A stretch of 64,000 bases of DNA from Paraphysomonas bandaiensis (GCA_965644295.1 CBFFRP010000370.1:62001-126000); one strand, 5' to 3'. Numbered from the stretch's first letter, positions 1 through 12,977 are shown. The notes: a model not told the origin generated them from the letters alone. A program made the numbers and translations.

Positions 1-45
1 ATAAGTACCATAGTTACCGTTATAAGAACAAACTGCATGCACATA

Positions 46-368
46 CTCTCTTTCGAATTTGAATTCTTGTATTTCTCGATCTCTTTCGATGTCATTTATT
101 TCTGGGTCACGGTATTCATTTTCTAATTCCAGTTGTTCATTCCATTCTTTACATCGCTCTGCAAATATTCGATTACGATACTGCTTATCCAAATCTTTAT
201 ACTGCTGTTCATATTCACGTTGTTTCTGTAATCGAGCCTTTTCTTTTTCCTGTTATTGAATTCAATGAAAGTCAACATGAACATTGATGTGTTTACCTCG
301 GCTGTCTGAGGTCTGGAAGCTGCTAGCTTCTTGAAAAACTCTTTCCTGTGAGACTTGTTTCGTTGCAT
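46..368 (-). CDS. 5' exons of a charged coiled-coil protein gene, probably continuing off the left edge
   Basis: ATG at 368 (MQRNKSHRKEFFKKLAASRPQTAE), GTAAAC donor, AACAG acceptor, then an E/K/R/Q-rich open frame (EKEKARLQKQREYEQQYKD...) ending at a GTATGT donor. Confidence 0.45.
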
Positions 369-832
369 TGTATGTGTATGTGTATGTGTATGCGTATTAT
401 CAGCCAAATGCTGATACTATATCTACATTGGCCACACTGGTCCAGTTTTTGGCCGGCCTGTATACCGGTATACTGCTGTATGCAGATATTCCGGGATATG
501 GATATTGGCAGAAAAAAATCTCTGTTTTGTCTTCTTGGAATTCCAGCATTTGCACCTGACAAAAAAAAATGTTTTTTTTGTGGTACCCTCCAGCTGTACA
601 TCTGTATATATGTATATATATACGGCATGTATACTTGTATAGTTGGGTGCATAGTTCAGAGTTGTCTACCTCCACCTCCATATGATACTATAGTATAGGA
701 GTACAGCAGTAGTGGAGGTGTGTAGGGTGTATGCATGTGCTGTTGTATGCATACACAACACTCATATATATATACATATAACTCAACTAACCTCACATCT
801 CACATATAAGTTGCTTCATAAACACTCTTATA

Positions 833-1777
833 ATGATGCGACATGAAGATCAGATCAGATTAGGCACTTCTACTACATTAGATGAGCCTGTTAGTGAGAC
901 TATTGTAAGTATATCACTATACACATATACACACATCTAGTTCTAATATATATGTATGTATATGTGTATATGCAACTATGGACGTAACGTATACAGTCTT
1001 ATATATAGCTATTACATGTAACGTTTATTAATATATATTTGTATCTTATGTATACATGTATATCTAATGTATGTATATCTGATGTATATATATATATACA
1101 GCTGAGAGATGTGCGACAAGTGGTAGCCAAGTTAAAAATTGTTTTATTACCTCTTGGTAAAGATAGCAATCAAAGTATTTTGCAAAAGTTAAGAGAATGT
1201 AAGTGTCATACGATATACCTCCATATAACTTATCATCTTTGTATTTAAAGGGGATCTTTGGGGTCCATTACTTGTGTGCTTGATGCTTTCGACTACACTC
1301 AGCTTCACGGCTCCTGGTAGTACCGCTTCAGTCGTATTTGCGGCTGTGTTTGTTATTGTGTGGTGTGGAGCCGCCATGGTCACTGTTAATGCACAGTTGC
1401 TTGGAGGCACGATATCATTTTTCCAAAGCGTCTGTATTCTTGGATATTGTGTTTTCCCACTCACCCTTTCGGCCATCGTGTGCCTCATTGTAGGACTGAT
1501 CTACAAGCAGGTGGTGTACAGTTGCTTTTTGTTTTTGTATTCTCTAATTGTTGCTTTGAATTAGATGGTGATAAAGGCCGTCATAGTTGCCATTGGTTTT
1601 ATTTGGAGCACTCGAGGTGGGATGCCATGTATTGATTGTGATGTAAAATATGATTTATTTTCTTCAGCTTCAGTTGTTTTCATGAGCGAGGTTATCAGTG
1701 ACCAACGGCGGGTTCTGGCTGTATATCCGGTGTTTTTCTTCTACACATTCATAGGGTGGATGATTCTTCTCCAGTAG
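833..1777 (+). CDS. YIPF6: Yip1-domain Golgi membrane protein YIPF6 (5 exons)
   Basis: Spliced model: TLDEPVSETI|LRDVRQVVAKLKIVLLP...|WDLWGPLLVCL...VTVNAQLLGGTISFFQSVCILGYCVFP...LAVYPVFFFY; GT-AG introns at 905-1101 and 1199-1250 and two more. Confidence 0.9.
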
Positions 1778-2155
1778 GTAGCAGCTAGTAGATATAGCGA
1801 GCTAAGCCCTTCTTTTTGTGTTGGCTGACGTGTATTAATATAAACGAGATATTTTTTATTGTGACAATCGCCTACGCACTTTTCGGTTTAAAGCTTTCCC
1901 TACCCTTTTTGTACTCCGTTAAATACCTTTCTTGAAATTCCACAGTTTTAACAAGGTCATTTTCTCCATCCTCCCTTTCCAAAAATACGCGGGATTTATC
2001 GTAGTCACACACTACCAGTATATGTTATGTAAGGCTAGATGCCTCCCCTTATACAACCACTACTCTAGGGTACAAACAGAATATTAAGCAGGAAATAATG
2101 CTTACACTATGAAGAAGCGAAGAAACCGTACATGTTTCACCAACGTAGTAAATAC

Positions 2156-2298
2156 CAGGGCTAGGGAACAGTATATTGAATAGCAATATATTGCAATAGT
2201 ATTGTTGGGTCGGTTTTAAAACTCCATCAATATTATTGGTGAGTCGCTATCTAATATCTAACAATAGTCTTGCAATGTGTAGTGATCCCTAGCCATGG
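2156..2298. mobile_element. Small hAT-like MITE
   Basis: TIRs CAGGGCTAGGGA / TCCCTAGCCATG, imperfect flanking AAATAC duplication, internal CAATA(G/T)TATTG motifs; a related GGGCTAGGG end occurs at ~63824. Confidence 0.45.
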
Positions 2299-2516
2299 AA
2301 ATACTAAATTCCTAACCACGGATATACGTTCTTCAGTTCATCTGTGCAATTAATGCTAATATATTTATTATAGCGGTACAACTCCTGCTGTTCGAATATG
2401 GTAATAACAATACATTTACCTAAACCAGTTATACAGTACATATTACATATGAACACAAAATTAATCAAACATGGCATTGATAAGCATTTCCCACATACAC
2501 CATATACATACATCTA

Positions 2517-3371
2517 TCAAAATTCCCACTTCGTTGTAATTTTCCAGTAAAAATGCAGTATGGTGAATAGCAGGGAGTGTTTTGGCGGGTTCATTATACT
2601 TCTACACATTGGTAAATACAGTGCAAAGGACAGAAGCAGAGTGTAGGGATATAATACGATACCAAACACTAAAGAAGCGAGATAGACTCTGAGGCTACAG
2701 AGAGATACCAACAGAGCTACCAGAGCAGTACATCCTGAAAGGAATCCATGCTGGTGCTTGTATAAATACAATGCATTTAGAAACACCGCAAGGTTCAAGC
2801 TACCCTTAGCAGAGGTGCACAACACAAGTAGTAAAGACCTCCCCGTACCAAATGACTCCATTTCATCCACTGGTAGCTCGGGATTAAGCTCTTTGTCAGG
2901 GTGGAGGACCATATACAACGTGTTATATATAGAGAATGGCATATAACGCGAGTTGCAATCCGTTCGCTGCACAACTTCATATTGATTGACTAAAACCCCT
3001 ATGGAATGAAACAATCCACAGCATAGAAGACATCCATAGTCATATGAAAGTTTATCATCAATTGTCTTGCATTGGACAGTATATGACTGCCATAGAGGGG
3101 CGCATATATAACATATGAGGATATATATACATATAATTGAATTAAACTGAAAACTTGTTGAAGATATGCTTATACAGAGAGCAAGTGTACCGATTATATC
3201 CATGAGAACACAGTATATACCCCAGTAATAGGAAGATAGAGGGATGTTCATACATAAGCCGATAGTCCTCTCTTTAGAGGGTATGACTGGTTGGAAGGGA
3301 GGGAATTCGTGTTTAATGGGTTCAGTGGAGGGGAGGAGTGGAGTGTGTGAAGTGGTAGGGTCTGTGTCCAT
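2517..3371 (-). CDS. Hypothetical multi-pass membrane protein (~284 aa)
   Basis: Non-repetitive part of ORF 2517..4631; ATG at 3371 (MDTDPTTSHTPLLP); several hydrophobic segments. Confidence 0.6.
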   Translation of the reverse strand: MDTDPTTSHTPLLPSTEPIKHEFPPFQPVIPSKERTIGLCMNIPLSSYYWGIYCVLMDIIGTLALCISISSTSFQFNSIICIYILICYICAPLWQSYTVQCKTIDDKLSYDYGCLLCCGLFHSIGVLVNQYEVVQRTDCNSRYMPFSIYNTLYMVLHPDKELNPELPVDEMESFGTGRSLLLVLCTSAKGSLNLAVFLNALYLYKHQHGFLSGCTALVALLVSLCSLRVYLASLVFGIVLYPYTLLLSFALYLPMCRSIMNPPKHSLLFTILHFYWKITTKWEF

Positions 3372-3456
3372 TGTTTGGCTACGTGATGATTGTAAGTGTG
3401 ATATACTGCTAATAATAAGAACACGAACCGCACCCCATACACATCGTATAAAGGAG

Positions 3457-4361
3457 ATACATGCATAGATACATACATACATACATACATATATACATAC
3501 ATACATACATACATACATACATACATACATACATACATACATACATACATACATACATACATACATACATACATACATACATACATACATACATACATAC
3601 ATACATACATACATACATACATACATACATACATACATACATACATACATACATACATACATACATACATACATACATACATACATACATACATACATAC
3701 ATACATACATACATACATACATACATACATACATACATACATTCATACATACATACATACATGCATAGATACATACATACATACATACATACATACATAC
3801 ATACATACATACATACATACATACATACATACATACATACATACATACATACATACATACATACATACATACATACATACATACATACATACATACATAC
3901 ATACATACAGACATACATACATACATACATACATACATACATACATACATACATACATACATACATACATACATACATACATACATACATACATACATAC
4001 ATACATACATACATACATACATACATTCATACATACATACATACATGCATAGATACATACATACATACATACATGCATAGATACATACATACATACATAC
4101 ATACATACATACATACATACATACATACATACATACATACATACATACATACATACATACATACATACATACATACATACATACATACATACATACATAC
4201 ATACATACATACATACATACATACATACATACATACATACATACATACATACATACATACATACATACATACATACATACATACATACATACATACATAC
4301 ATACATACATACATACATACATACATACATACATACATACATACATACATACATACATACA

Positions 4362-4393
<32 letters not shown>

Positions 4394-4447
4394 CATGCAT
4401 GCATACATACATACATACATACATACATACATACATACATACATACA

Positions 4448-4479
<32 letters not shown>

Positions 4480-4493
4480 CATGCATGCATACA

Positions 4494-4524
<31 letters not shown>
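3457..4524. repeat. (ATAC)n microsatellite, ~1.07 kb
   Basis: Near-perfect tetranucleotide array with occasional ATGCATAG/ATTC variants. Confidence 0.99.
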
Positions 4525-4525
<1 letters not shown>

Positions 4526-4850
4526 CCGTTCTGTAGAACAGAATATACATGAGTTGAAGATTGAAGATCAAGTTGGAGACTCTGTATGTGTCAACACATC
4601 GAACTTCTTCTGTATATACAAACATCTGCACATCACAGAAGTAAATATTCTGAAGTCAATTGAAAGTAAGTGAATTTATCTTCTATATATATACATATAT
4701 ATGCAGTATAGTCACTACATGCTCTGATCTCTGTGCTGATCTCCATACATACATACATACGTACATCTCCATACATACATCTGCATATAGTGCTCTCACA
4801 CTAACATCACTCACAGTAACACACTTACATCTCAATACTGAACTCATAAC

Positions 4851-6184
4851 ATGGGAGGTATGTATCAACACACACAATCTACTCTATCATCACATCAACA
4901 ATCAGGAGGAGCGTCTATATTACACACAGCAGTAAAAGAGAATCCAAATTTAACGGAGCATTACAGAAATGAATTAGCGGCATTCTTTGCAGGAGAATAT
5001 GTTCGTATGAGGTAACTAGTTCATAAAATACAGACATAACATCAAGTTTTTAGATCATTTTCAGTATTTTTTTATAGTATTTTGTGATATTTGTATATAG
5101 AAACTTGGGATTATCTGAAGGAGATATCAGAGAGGAGTTAACGCGTAGATTAGCTATGACTGAATTACAAATCTTGAAGAATGTGGCTCTATTAGAGAAA
5201 CAATGTTGCTCAAAGATACCTGATAGTGAAGATGAGAGGTTCTTAAAAGATTGCAAACATGCAGTTAACTCCATATCTTCGAAAGGGGGGATTAGTTTTC
5301 TATGTTGTGTGGATGGATCTCCACCTTCTGATCAAGCTTATAATCTATGTCTCGCTCTTATGCGCCGACATGACTATTTGTGTGTATTTCATGCATTTGC
5401 AGATAATGAACAAGAGGAAGCTGATACTTTGAAGGCTCGCATTCAGCGACAGGTGCTTGATCTTGACAGTAGTCCTGTAGCGAACTTGTCCTCCTCACAA
5501 GTAGCATTGCATTTCGAAGATCGATACTCCAGGACTCCGTTGCGGGTACTTCAGGATCTTCTGGGGCACTGTCGCCATCGCCATCACGACCATGGAGGAT
5601 ATGGCCATGGGTCGGTGGAGTGTGATCATCTCATGTCCCCAGGTTACAGACCGCCGGACTTTGTTGTTTTGGGCCACGCAGGTGTGGGGGCGGGTAGTGA
5701 TGGAGCATTTCCAACGTCGCTTGGTAGTACCTCGGAACTTGCTTTACGTTCAGTTCACGTACCCTGCATCGTTGCCAAGCAGTCCTGTCCCGTTCAGGGC
5801 CCACGTAGATTTGCGATGGCAGTGAATTTTTCTGAGTGCTCCAGACAGGGCTTGGAAACCGTGCGCCGACTGATTCAGCCACGAGACTCCCTCGTTCTTT
5901 TGTTCGTGGTACGCCCGCATGTGGATCCCGAAAAGGCTGTCAAAATTGAGGAGTACTATCAGGAAGATCTGCAGAAATATGGTCCCGTGGACAGCAAATT
6001 TGTTGCTATTCATATCGACACACACCACACTGTGGAAAGTACTATAATCGACTTTGTGAACGGCCCACAGAGACCAGACTTTATCGCCCTTGCACCTCGA
6101 GCAAAGCCATCCAGAGAACACTCGGCGATAACTGAGTATGTGATTATTAATTCCAGGGCATCTGTGATACTGTGCAAGAACTAA
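4851..6184 (+). CDS. N-myristoylated tandem universal stress protein (USP)-domain protein (3 exons)
   Basis: Exons 4851-4857, 4906-5011 and 5101-6184 splice in frame to MGGGASILH...; USP motifs FLCCVDGSPPSDQA, PDFVVLG, LGSTSELALRSVHVPCIVAK, then a second domain FAMAVNFSECS...SAITEYVIINSRASVILCK. Confidence 0.8.
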
Positions 6185-6406
6185 CAACACATATATATAT
6201 GTGTTATGGTTTTAATAAACGACTGGATAACCAACAATTCTGAGCTATATATCACTGCTTACTCACCGCTTATATAGTGGTGGCAAGCCACGAATGTGGT
6301 TATTTTGTATAGCAATGCTATTTTACAACTCGATTATGTGAAACAAGATATTCATATATATTAACATGCTGTTGAAATAGTATTATGTTTATCAAATTAA
6401 TATATT

Positions 6407-7022
6407 CCCTGTTCCGAGGGCGTATCCTAGTGTAGTGATTCTGTTTAATAAAGTAAGTAATACCCTTTTTATAGAATTTCAGCGTTTTTCTTGTGTGCGA
6501 AAATAGATATTATCATTTTACTGGGCTCCGTGAACATCACACTCACTTAATTAAATTGGTGATAAATATTTCTCCTCATTAATTTCAACTCACCGGATTG
6601 CCAATCAATAATGATCAAACTTAGACGGTCACAGTACTTCTTGCACAGTCATTATAGTTTAGTTTTCTACTGTAGATATTTTACAACAAAATATTTAAAC
6701 TACTGACAGCTATTACAATAGGAATAACTGCCATACTATTAAAGCCACAACGAACTATATGTAAACTTACACCCAATTAATCCAAGCTTTTATTGGTGTT
6801 GTGCTCTAACAACTTTACTCACTACTCACTCTTGGCATCACAGTTCATACGCTCATACGTACATCACTATGCGTTGTATTATTATCTTTGATCTAGCTCT
6901 ATAACTACATAACCACAAACAAAATATTATTTGCACATTATTTTGCCTTCGATAGAAATGAATATATCCTCTGGGGAAGGAAGTCAGAGTTGTAATAAAG
7001 AGCAATAATGGGATAAGGAATA
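6407..7022. pseudogene. Diverged duplicate of 11149-11794 (MITE end plus 3' part of the neighbouring gene)
   Basis: Colinear high similarity by eye, e.g. TCCTAGT.TAGTGATTCTGTT...GGGATAAGGAATA. Confidence 0.75.
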
Positions 7023-7027
7023 TGCCC

Positions 7028-7980
7028 CCCACACAAGCTACATCCTCTCCGTACCCATAACTCCACCAAATACTCCATCTTCCTAACAGAACGTATACGC
7101 GAGACGGCATACGTATGGGACAAATCATACGCGATGGGAAGAAACCGAGCCAAAAAGGAAAAACCGGGAATGATCACATAACGGCCTCCGCATGCGCCGA
7201 CTGTGCACACCCACTAGACAACATGGCGCACATGCTTCTCACCTGCACACACCCGGACCTCACTCAAATACGTGAAGACGTTCACCAAGCACACCGCAGT
7301 AAGCTCGACAAGCTTCGCACATGCACGCCTCCCCATCCCTGGTTTCACACCGCCATCATCAAACTAGCAAAAACCGCATGGAATCCGAACACCCCCAGGT
7401 TGAGCGCTACTGGACCGGCCACATTACTGCCACACAATTGGCCGACGCATTCGCAGGCACGGCACCAGTATCACCGACTACGACCCCACCACACTCACAG
7501 CAACGCCAGTCACAGGATACTCACCCGACACCTAAAATACTCCAAATCCTCCAATCGACATCCACCCCAACAAGAATTCTATCCTCTGCAAGAGTCCGAA
7601 CCCGACAGACAAGCGCCACCACCCCGGAAACAACTCCTCCTTACTTGTGGCCGAAATCCCACCTCGACAACCAGCACCATCTCCACCACCGACTTACACT
7701 CGCATATACATCTAGCCCCAACCATCCCCCGTACAACCCATGATACAGGCCCGCCAGACACATTGCCCAAAAAGGCAGAACACCCCCCTAACCCTAACCC
7801 TAACCCTGACTAACCTCACTACAAGGGACGGTTGCACCATGGTGCTCGCAGCGATGCACAAGCAGTCCCGAGACGGTTGCTCGCCACTAGTAGTACATAG
7901 TAAGCCCAGATTAATCAGTCTATAGATATAATACTAGTTTCTATACTCAACCGTTCTTATGTAATAATCAGACTTTTTCT
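7028..7980 (+). mobile_element. 5'-truncated non-LTR retrotransposon (LINE) remnant
   Basis: 14-bp TSD TAAGGAATATGCCC (7014-7027 / 7981-7994); frameshifted ORF with C-terminal zinc finger CADC...DNMAHMLLTC; 3' part homologous to 23074-23590. Confidence 0.8.
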
Positions 7981-7989
7981 TAAGGAATA

Positions 7990-8502
7990 TGCCCTATTCG
8001 GAGGGCGTGGCCATAATGTAGGCTGGCTGGTACATCACCAATAACACCGAGATATAGCACTGATTCTACCACCCGCCTACCCGTGTACCAACGTAGCTGA
8101 CCGCATAGATCATGCGCAGATTCTGTTGCCGACCCACCCGTTTTCACTTTCCCTAAGATAACGCGGGATTTCTCATAGCTATGCATGAATTATATATGTA
8201 ATTCGTGCAGAATCTAGTAGGACCATGTGTAGCTTTCCACAACCTAGCAAAGATTGCGCGGAGCTACTCGTGACCATCATGCATGACTCATTATAGTAGG
8301 TCTGTAGGTCTAGTGTAACATTGGCCGCCCTCCCCTAGAATTTCGTAATCTCATATAGGCTACGAAATTGTAGTGTAGATCTAGCTAGAGCACTCTGGTG
8401 CCGACACACAAAGAATACACTGAGATTTTTATTAACAATCTATACATTACTTAACTTAGTTAACACTAGCACTTCACTAGGGTACGCTCTCAGAATGGGG
8501 CA
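7990..8502. mobile_element. MITE family B, uninterrupted copy (~510 bp)
   Basis: TIRs TGCCCTATTCGGAGGGCGT / ACGCTCTCAGAATGGGGCA; the body is repeated inverted at 21874-22830. Confidence 0.75.
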
Positions 8503-8516
8503 CAATCAATTACGTA

Positions 8517-10190
8517 TCAACTTTCAACTAATAACTCATTCACCCTACCCATCATCTGTGTACGGGCTTCTGCAGGCGATGTCACAGTGCTAACTGAAGC
8601 CAAATCAATAAATAGTGGTTTCATACCTAAGACAGTTTCACTGTTACCTCTGCGGCTGCTGCCCAGTACAGGAAGGAGCGCAACGTGCCTCCACTCAATG
8701 TCATTATGCACAAGACTTTTTTCTGACAGTGTGTCGACAGCTTCCGAAAGTACATTATGCACAGTAACTTCTTTTGTAGTTTTCATGAACGCTTCAAATT
8801 TAGATGTCCATGCATCAAATCGTTCGTCTGCCAGAGCAGAACTCTCCCTCCTCCCCCAATAGAACATGTTAAAATCAAAGGAAATGCTACCATTGCGATG
8901 AATACAGTGAAAGACAAATGGCATAATTAGCGAATCGGAACCGACCACCCTTGTGCGAAGCACATCAACTCCATAGACAGTTTTCCATATGTTGTACTCA
9001 TTCTCACAAGCACTGGCATCATAGAATTTCTTAAGTACGACTAAATGGAAATCCTTAGTTAGCGCGAGGCAAACCTTGCCATCGGCCCCACCGTGAAGCT
9101 GCCGCAGCACTATCAAATAAGTTGGTTCCTGTTGAGGGAGTGTGAGAAAAATTTCCTGGTGTTCGGTAAATGTATTCTCCGGGATAATACCCCAATTCCA
9201 GGTCTCCGCACTCAGAAATATGTATGCTCGTTGCGAGGAGAGGAGCGGTAAACGACGATATTGTGCTCTCATAGACTTCAATATAACGGTTCCAATAAGT
9301 GGAAGCAGTGTTGCGTCATGCCAACTGTACTCTCTACTGCCATGAAGTATTCTTTGTAGTGTGCTTTCCACGGGAAAGTATTCTATTACATTGTCGACTT
9401 TGGGTGGGTTCAGGTCAATTGAGGTAGCAAAAGCGTTTGTGTCAGGAAACCATACTACTCGCCACTTGTCCAGGGTAGTTACAATCCCAAATACTTCGCA
9501 TTGTCCAAAAGAATTGCGTAGATTTGACATGTAGTCGTAAAGTTGTCCAAGCACCTTTAAATTGGACAGCTCCGTTTTTCCAGGTTGTTTCACTTCAATA
9601 ACTGCAATGGGAACACCAGATTGTGTTTTGACAACCCAAATGTTGGACTTGGACTGCTTTTCCTTACCGTCTATCACACACACCATTGTTTTTTGATAAT
9701 GCAGTGACACATCCTGCCTAATATCCAAAAGTGTCAACACATCTAGCATAATATTGCGGACATGATATTCAATCTCTGCCTCATTAAAATAAAATACAGG
9801 CTGTGAAGGGTTGTTCTTAATTAGGAGCAGAAAAATGCTTGGTCCCGACAAATTTCGCACAATGTTCTTAAAGATCACAAAATCCTGCTCTATAAAGCTC
9901 TTCACAGCAGCATGTCCAGGATCACGGGTGGAAGTATTGGTGGAACTTGGCGTTTCTAGAGAACCTAAAGTCAGGCCGTTTAGCCCTCCGTGTAAAAGCC
10001 GTCGAATGGAAACCGCATCGTGCTCAGCAAGCTCTCTTTTCATTTCCGCCAGTTCCTCATCCTTTTTCGCACGTTCCTCCTCCACTTTCGCAAGTTCTCT
10101 TTTCATTTTTGCCAGTTCCTCTTGTAGTTTCATGATCTGTAACTTGACGGGCAGGCTGGCAAGAGGCATCTCTTCTTCTGGAACTTCCAT
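8517..10190 (-). CDS. Crinkler-like protein: N-terminal coiled coil + PD-(D/E)xK (REase-like) domain + atypical kinase domain
   Basis: Intronless; EELAKMKRELAK repeats; NEAEIE...SNIWVV...IAVIEVKQPG...GQLYDYM...FGIVTT; kinase motifs GGADGKV, VVLKK, HNDIEWRH, FIDLA. First ATG at 10190. Confidence 0.7.
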   Translation of the reverse strand: MEVPEEEMPLASLPVKLQIMKLQEELAKMKRELAKVEEERAKKDEELAEMKRELAEHDAVSIRRLLHGGLNGLTLGSLETPSSTNTSTRDPGHAAVKSFIEQDFVIFKNIVRNLSGPSIFLLLIKNNPSQPVFYFNEAEIEYHVRNIMLDVLTLLDIRQDVSLHYQKTMVCVIDGKEKQSKSNIWVVKTQSGVPIAVIEVKQPGKTELSNLKVLGQLYDYMSNLRNSFGQCEVFGIVTTLDKWRVVWFPDTNAFATSIDLNPPKVDNVIEYFPVESTLQRILHGSREYSWHDATLLPLIGTVILKSMRAQYRRLPLLSSQRAYIFLSAETWNWGIIPENTFTEHQEIFLTLPQQEPTYLIVLRQLHGGADGKVCLALTKDFHLVVLKKFYDASACENEYNIWKTVYGVDVLRTRVVGSDSLIMPFVFHCIHRNGSISFDFNMFYWGRRESSALADERFDAWTSKFEAFMKTTKEVTVHNVLSEAVDTLSEKSLVHNDIEWRHVALLPVLGSSRRGNSETVLGMKPLFIDLASVSTVTSPAEARTQMMGRVNELLVES

Positions 10191-11369
10191 TTCACCCACA
10201 GGGAAATTTAAGGAGGGAAGGCGTTTGTTTGATTATGAGGCAGAGAGCCAAACTAACGATACACAAGAACTGTTCACACCTCCATGTACATGCTGCCGGT
10301 CCCCTAATTCAAAACCACAACGACTTTTCACTACACAAATATAAAAACTGGATGTTTTGGAGGGATTTCTGATAAGCATTTCATACAAAACCTTGAAAAC
10401 TGGAAAAAGTATATGTATGTACAGCAGTACTATAGTTTACATGACCAAAACTCTAAATATCCCTGGTTTCGACCACAGAAAACAGTAAAAAGCCCTGATA
10501 ATACCATGTCCATACTATGTCCATGTACATCAAGGTTGCTTCTATCCTGCAATGCTTTCACGATAAGCGAGTTTTGGACACTCTGCTTGTCAATTACTGA
10601 GACAAGCAACTATTGAGTGTGATTACAAGGAATGTCTTTACAGCTATGCTTATTTATTTAACAAGACACCCCCCCCCTCTTTCTCGGGAATAGTGATGCT
10701 GCTACCAAACGATATAGCCGTTAAGTTGTTCTTCACATGCATCGTAACTAGCGATAGTTTAACAAATTAACTAATACTTAAATTAAAAGAAAATAGACAA
10801 CAGGCATAACAAAGTAGGTCATCTTTATCTTCAGATCAGAATTCTTATCCAAAACTGTAAATCGGATACTCTCCATTGCTGCTATCGAAGTCATATATTT
10901 CAATCAGAAAATGTTTGCGCATTTTCTGTTAAACTCTAAACTTTTTTATCTTTTCTCTTCTTCGTTCTTAGCTCATTGGTTCTCTTTATCGATATGTAAA
11001 GGCTTTATGAGTGTTGGAAGTGTAAAAATAATGATTGTGGTTGTTGATGATGTCGAAAAACGGTATACCCAATTTGTGAAGACAAACATGTTTCAGAACT
11101 ACTAGAACATTTCTTTTAATATATAGCATTTACTGAAAGTCTTTTTTATCCTAGTATAGTGATTCTGTTGAATAAAGTAAGTAATAACCTTTTTTATAGA
11201 ATTCCAGCGTTTTTCTTGTGTGCGAAAATAGATATTAGCATTTTGACTGTTGAATTAAGATTACTGGGCTCCGTGAACACCACACTCACTTAGTTAAATT
11301 GGTAATAAATATATCTCCTCATTAATTTCAACCCACCGGATTGACTGGCTTCATCACAGCCAATCAAAA

Positions 11370-12893
11370 ATGATCAAACTTAGACAGTCACAACACTTCT
11401 TGCACAGTCATTATATTTCAGTTTTCTACTGTAGATATTTTACTACGAAATATTTAACTACTGACAGCTATTACAATAGGAATAACTGCCATACTATTAA
11501 AGCCACAACGAACTATGTAAACTTACACTCAATAAATCCAAGCTTTTATTGATGTTGTGCTCTAACAACTTTAGTCACTACTCACTCTAGGCAACACAGT
11601 TCATACGCTCATACGTACATCACTATGCGTTGTGTTATGATTGCGTTGTATTATTATCTTTGATCTAGCTCTATAGCTACATAACCACAAACAAAATATT
11701 ATTTGCACATTAATTTGCCTTCGATAGAAAGGAATATATTCTCTGGGGAAGGAAGTCAGAGTTGTAATAATGAGCAATAATGGGATAAGGAATAATCCCA
11801 GCTGAATGGGACAATATTTGAACTTCGCACTTCCCCATTGAAGACTGAACATTATCATTAGTATAACATTTCCCATCTGCGTCTGTGACCATCACCATCA
11901 GTGTGTATGAGAGAGGCGGTCCATTGCTATCTACAAGAGGGGGGTGATTCGAGGGAGAGAAAGATGAAATTGAACGGGAGAAAAAGAACCCATCAGTCCA
12001 ATTAATGCCACTAACTATGCGTAGATTTCTGCATAACATATGTAAGTGCCATAACTTCAAACACTTTAAAACCCAACCTCTGCTGCAGTGGCCACACTAA
12101 AGATGTTGTTACATCCCTGAGCTCCATGTAACTATTATCCGGAAGAGTGCTATGTGAAATAGGGTTTGTAAAAGGTGAAGTGAAAGGCACCAACTAAATA
12201 AAAACTATTACACATACGATTGATTTCATAAGATGATATATTCCATACCGGTGAAAGGGCTGATACCCCATCTGGACTCAGAAGATCTTTGAGCAATGCT
12301 ACAGGCGAGGTACACGATATGGATTTATATCTGATTCGTATGGCTGGATTTTCCGTTATAAACATCGGACCAGTTAATATTCTCGACTGAACTGTATATA
12401 ATTCAGTGATATTGTTACTATAAGTATTACAACTAGCAGTATTACTACTACTAGTGTTACTAGTAGCAGATGTAGAGGTAGAGGGGGTAGAGGAGGAAGA
12501 GGTGGAGGGAGTGGAGGAGGTAGAGGTGGAGGAAGTAGAGGAGGAAGAGGTGGAGGAAGTAGAGGAGGTAGAGGTGGAGGAAGTAGTCACTGTACGCCAC
12601 ATGTTATCATCCACTAACAAATCCATATAACTCCCCTTAAAATCACGTAAGACCTCATCTCCTAACTCTCTATATTCATAATGCTGATTCCATCGACTTC
12701 TACTCATTACACTATGATCATTATGATCATTATCATCTGTATCTGCATCTGTATGTGTGTATGTATGTGTGTATGTATGTGTATCGTTGAAGCTTGCTAT
12801 GTAACTATGAGAGACTTCCTTCCAACCCAAATCAAACATCAGACATATGAAGAACAACAACAGAGATGTCAATCCCACACTGTATTTATTCAT
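11370..12893 (-). CDS. Multi-exon type II membrane protein with Ser/Thr-rich stem; exon structure and 3' end unresolved
   Basis: MNKYSVGLTSLLLFFICLMF signal-anchor, HT repeats, poly-S/T tract, successive ORF pieces 12150-12893, 12011-12193, 11710-12060. Confidence 0.45.
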
Positions 12894-12977
12894 ATTGAAT
12901 TGAAATGAAGGGATGAGGTTCGTGATACTTATATATATGAGTGTGGATGCATGTGTGTATATAGAGTAAAGCACTCA

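Noticed and set aside
3248-4673. Long MYVC/HTYI ORFs (also 20340-20812)
   Set aside because: Translation artefacts of stop-free tetranucleotide microsatellites
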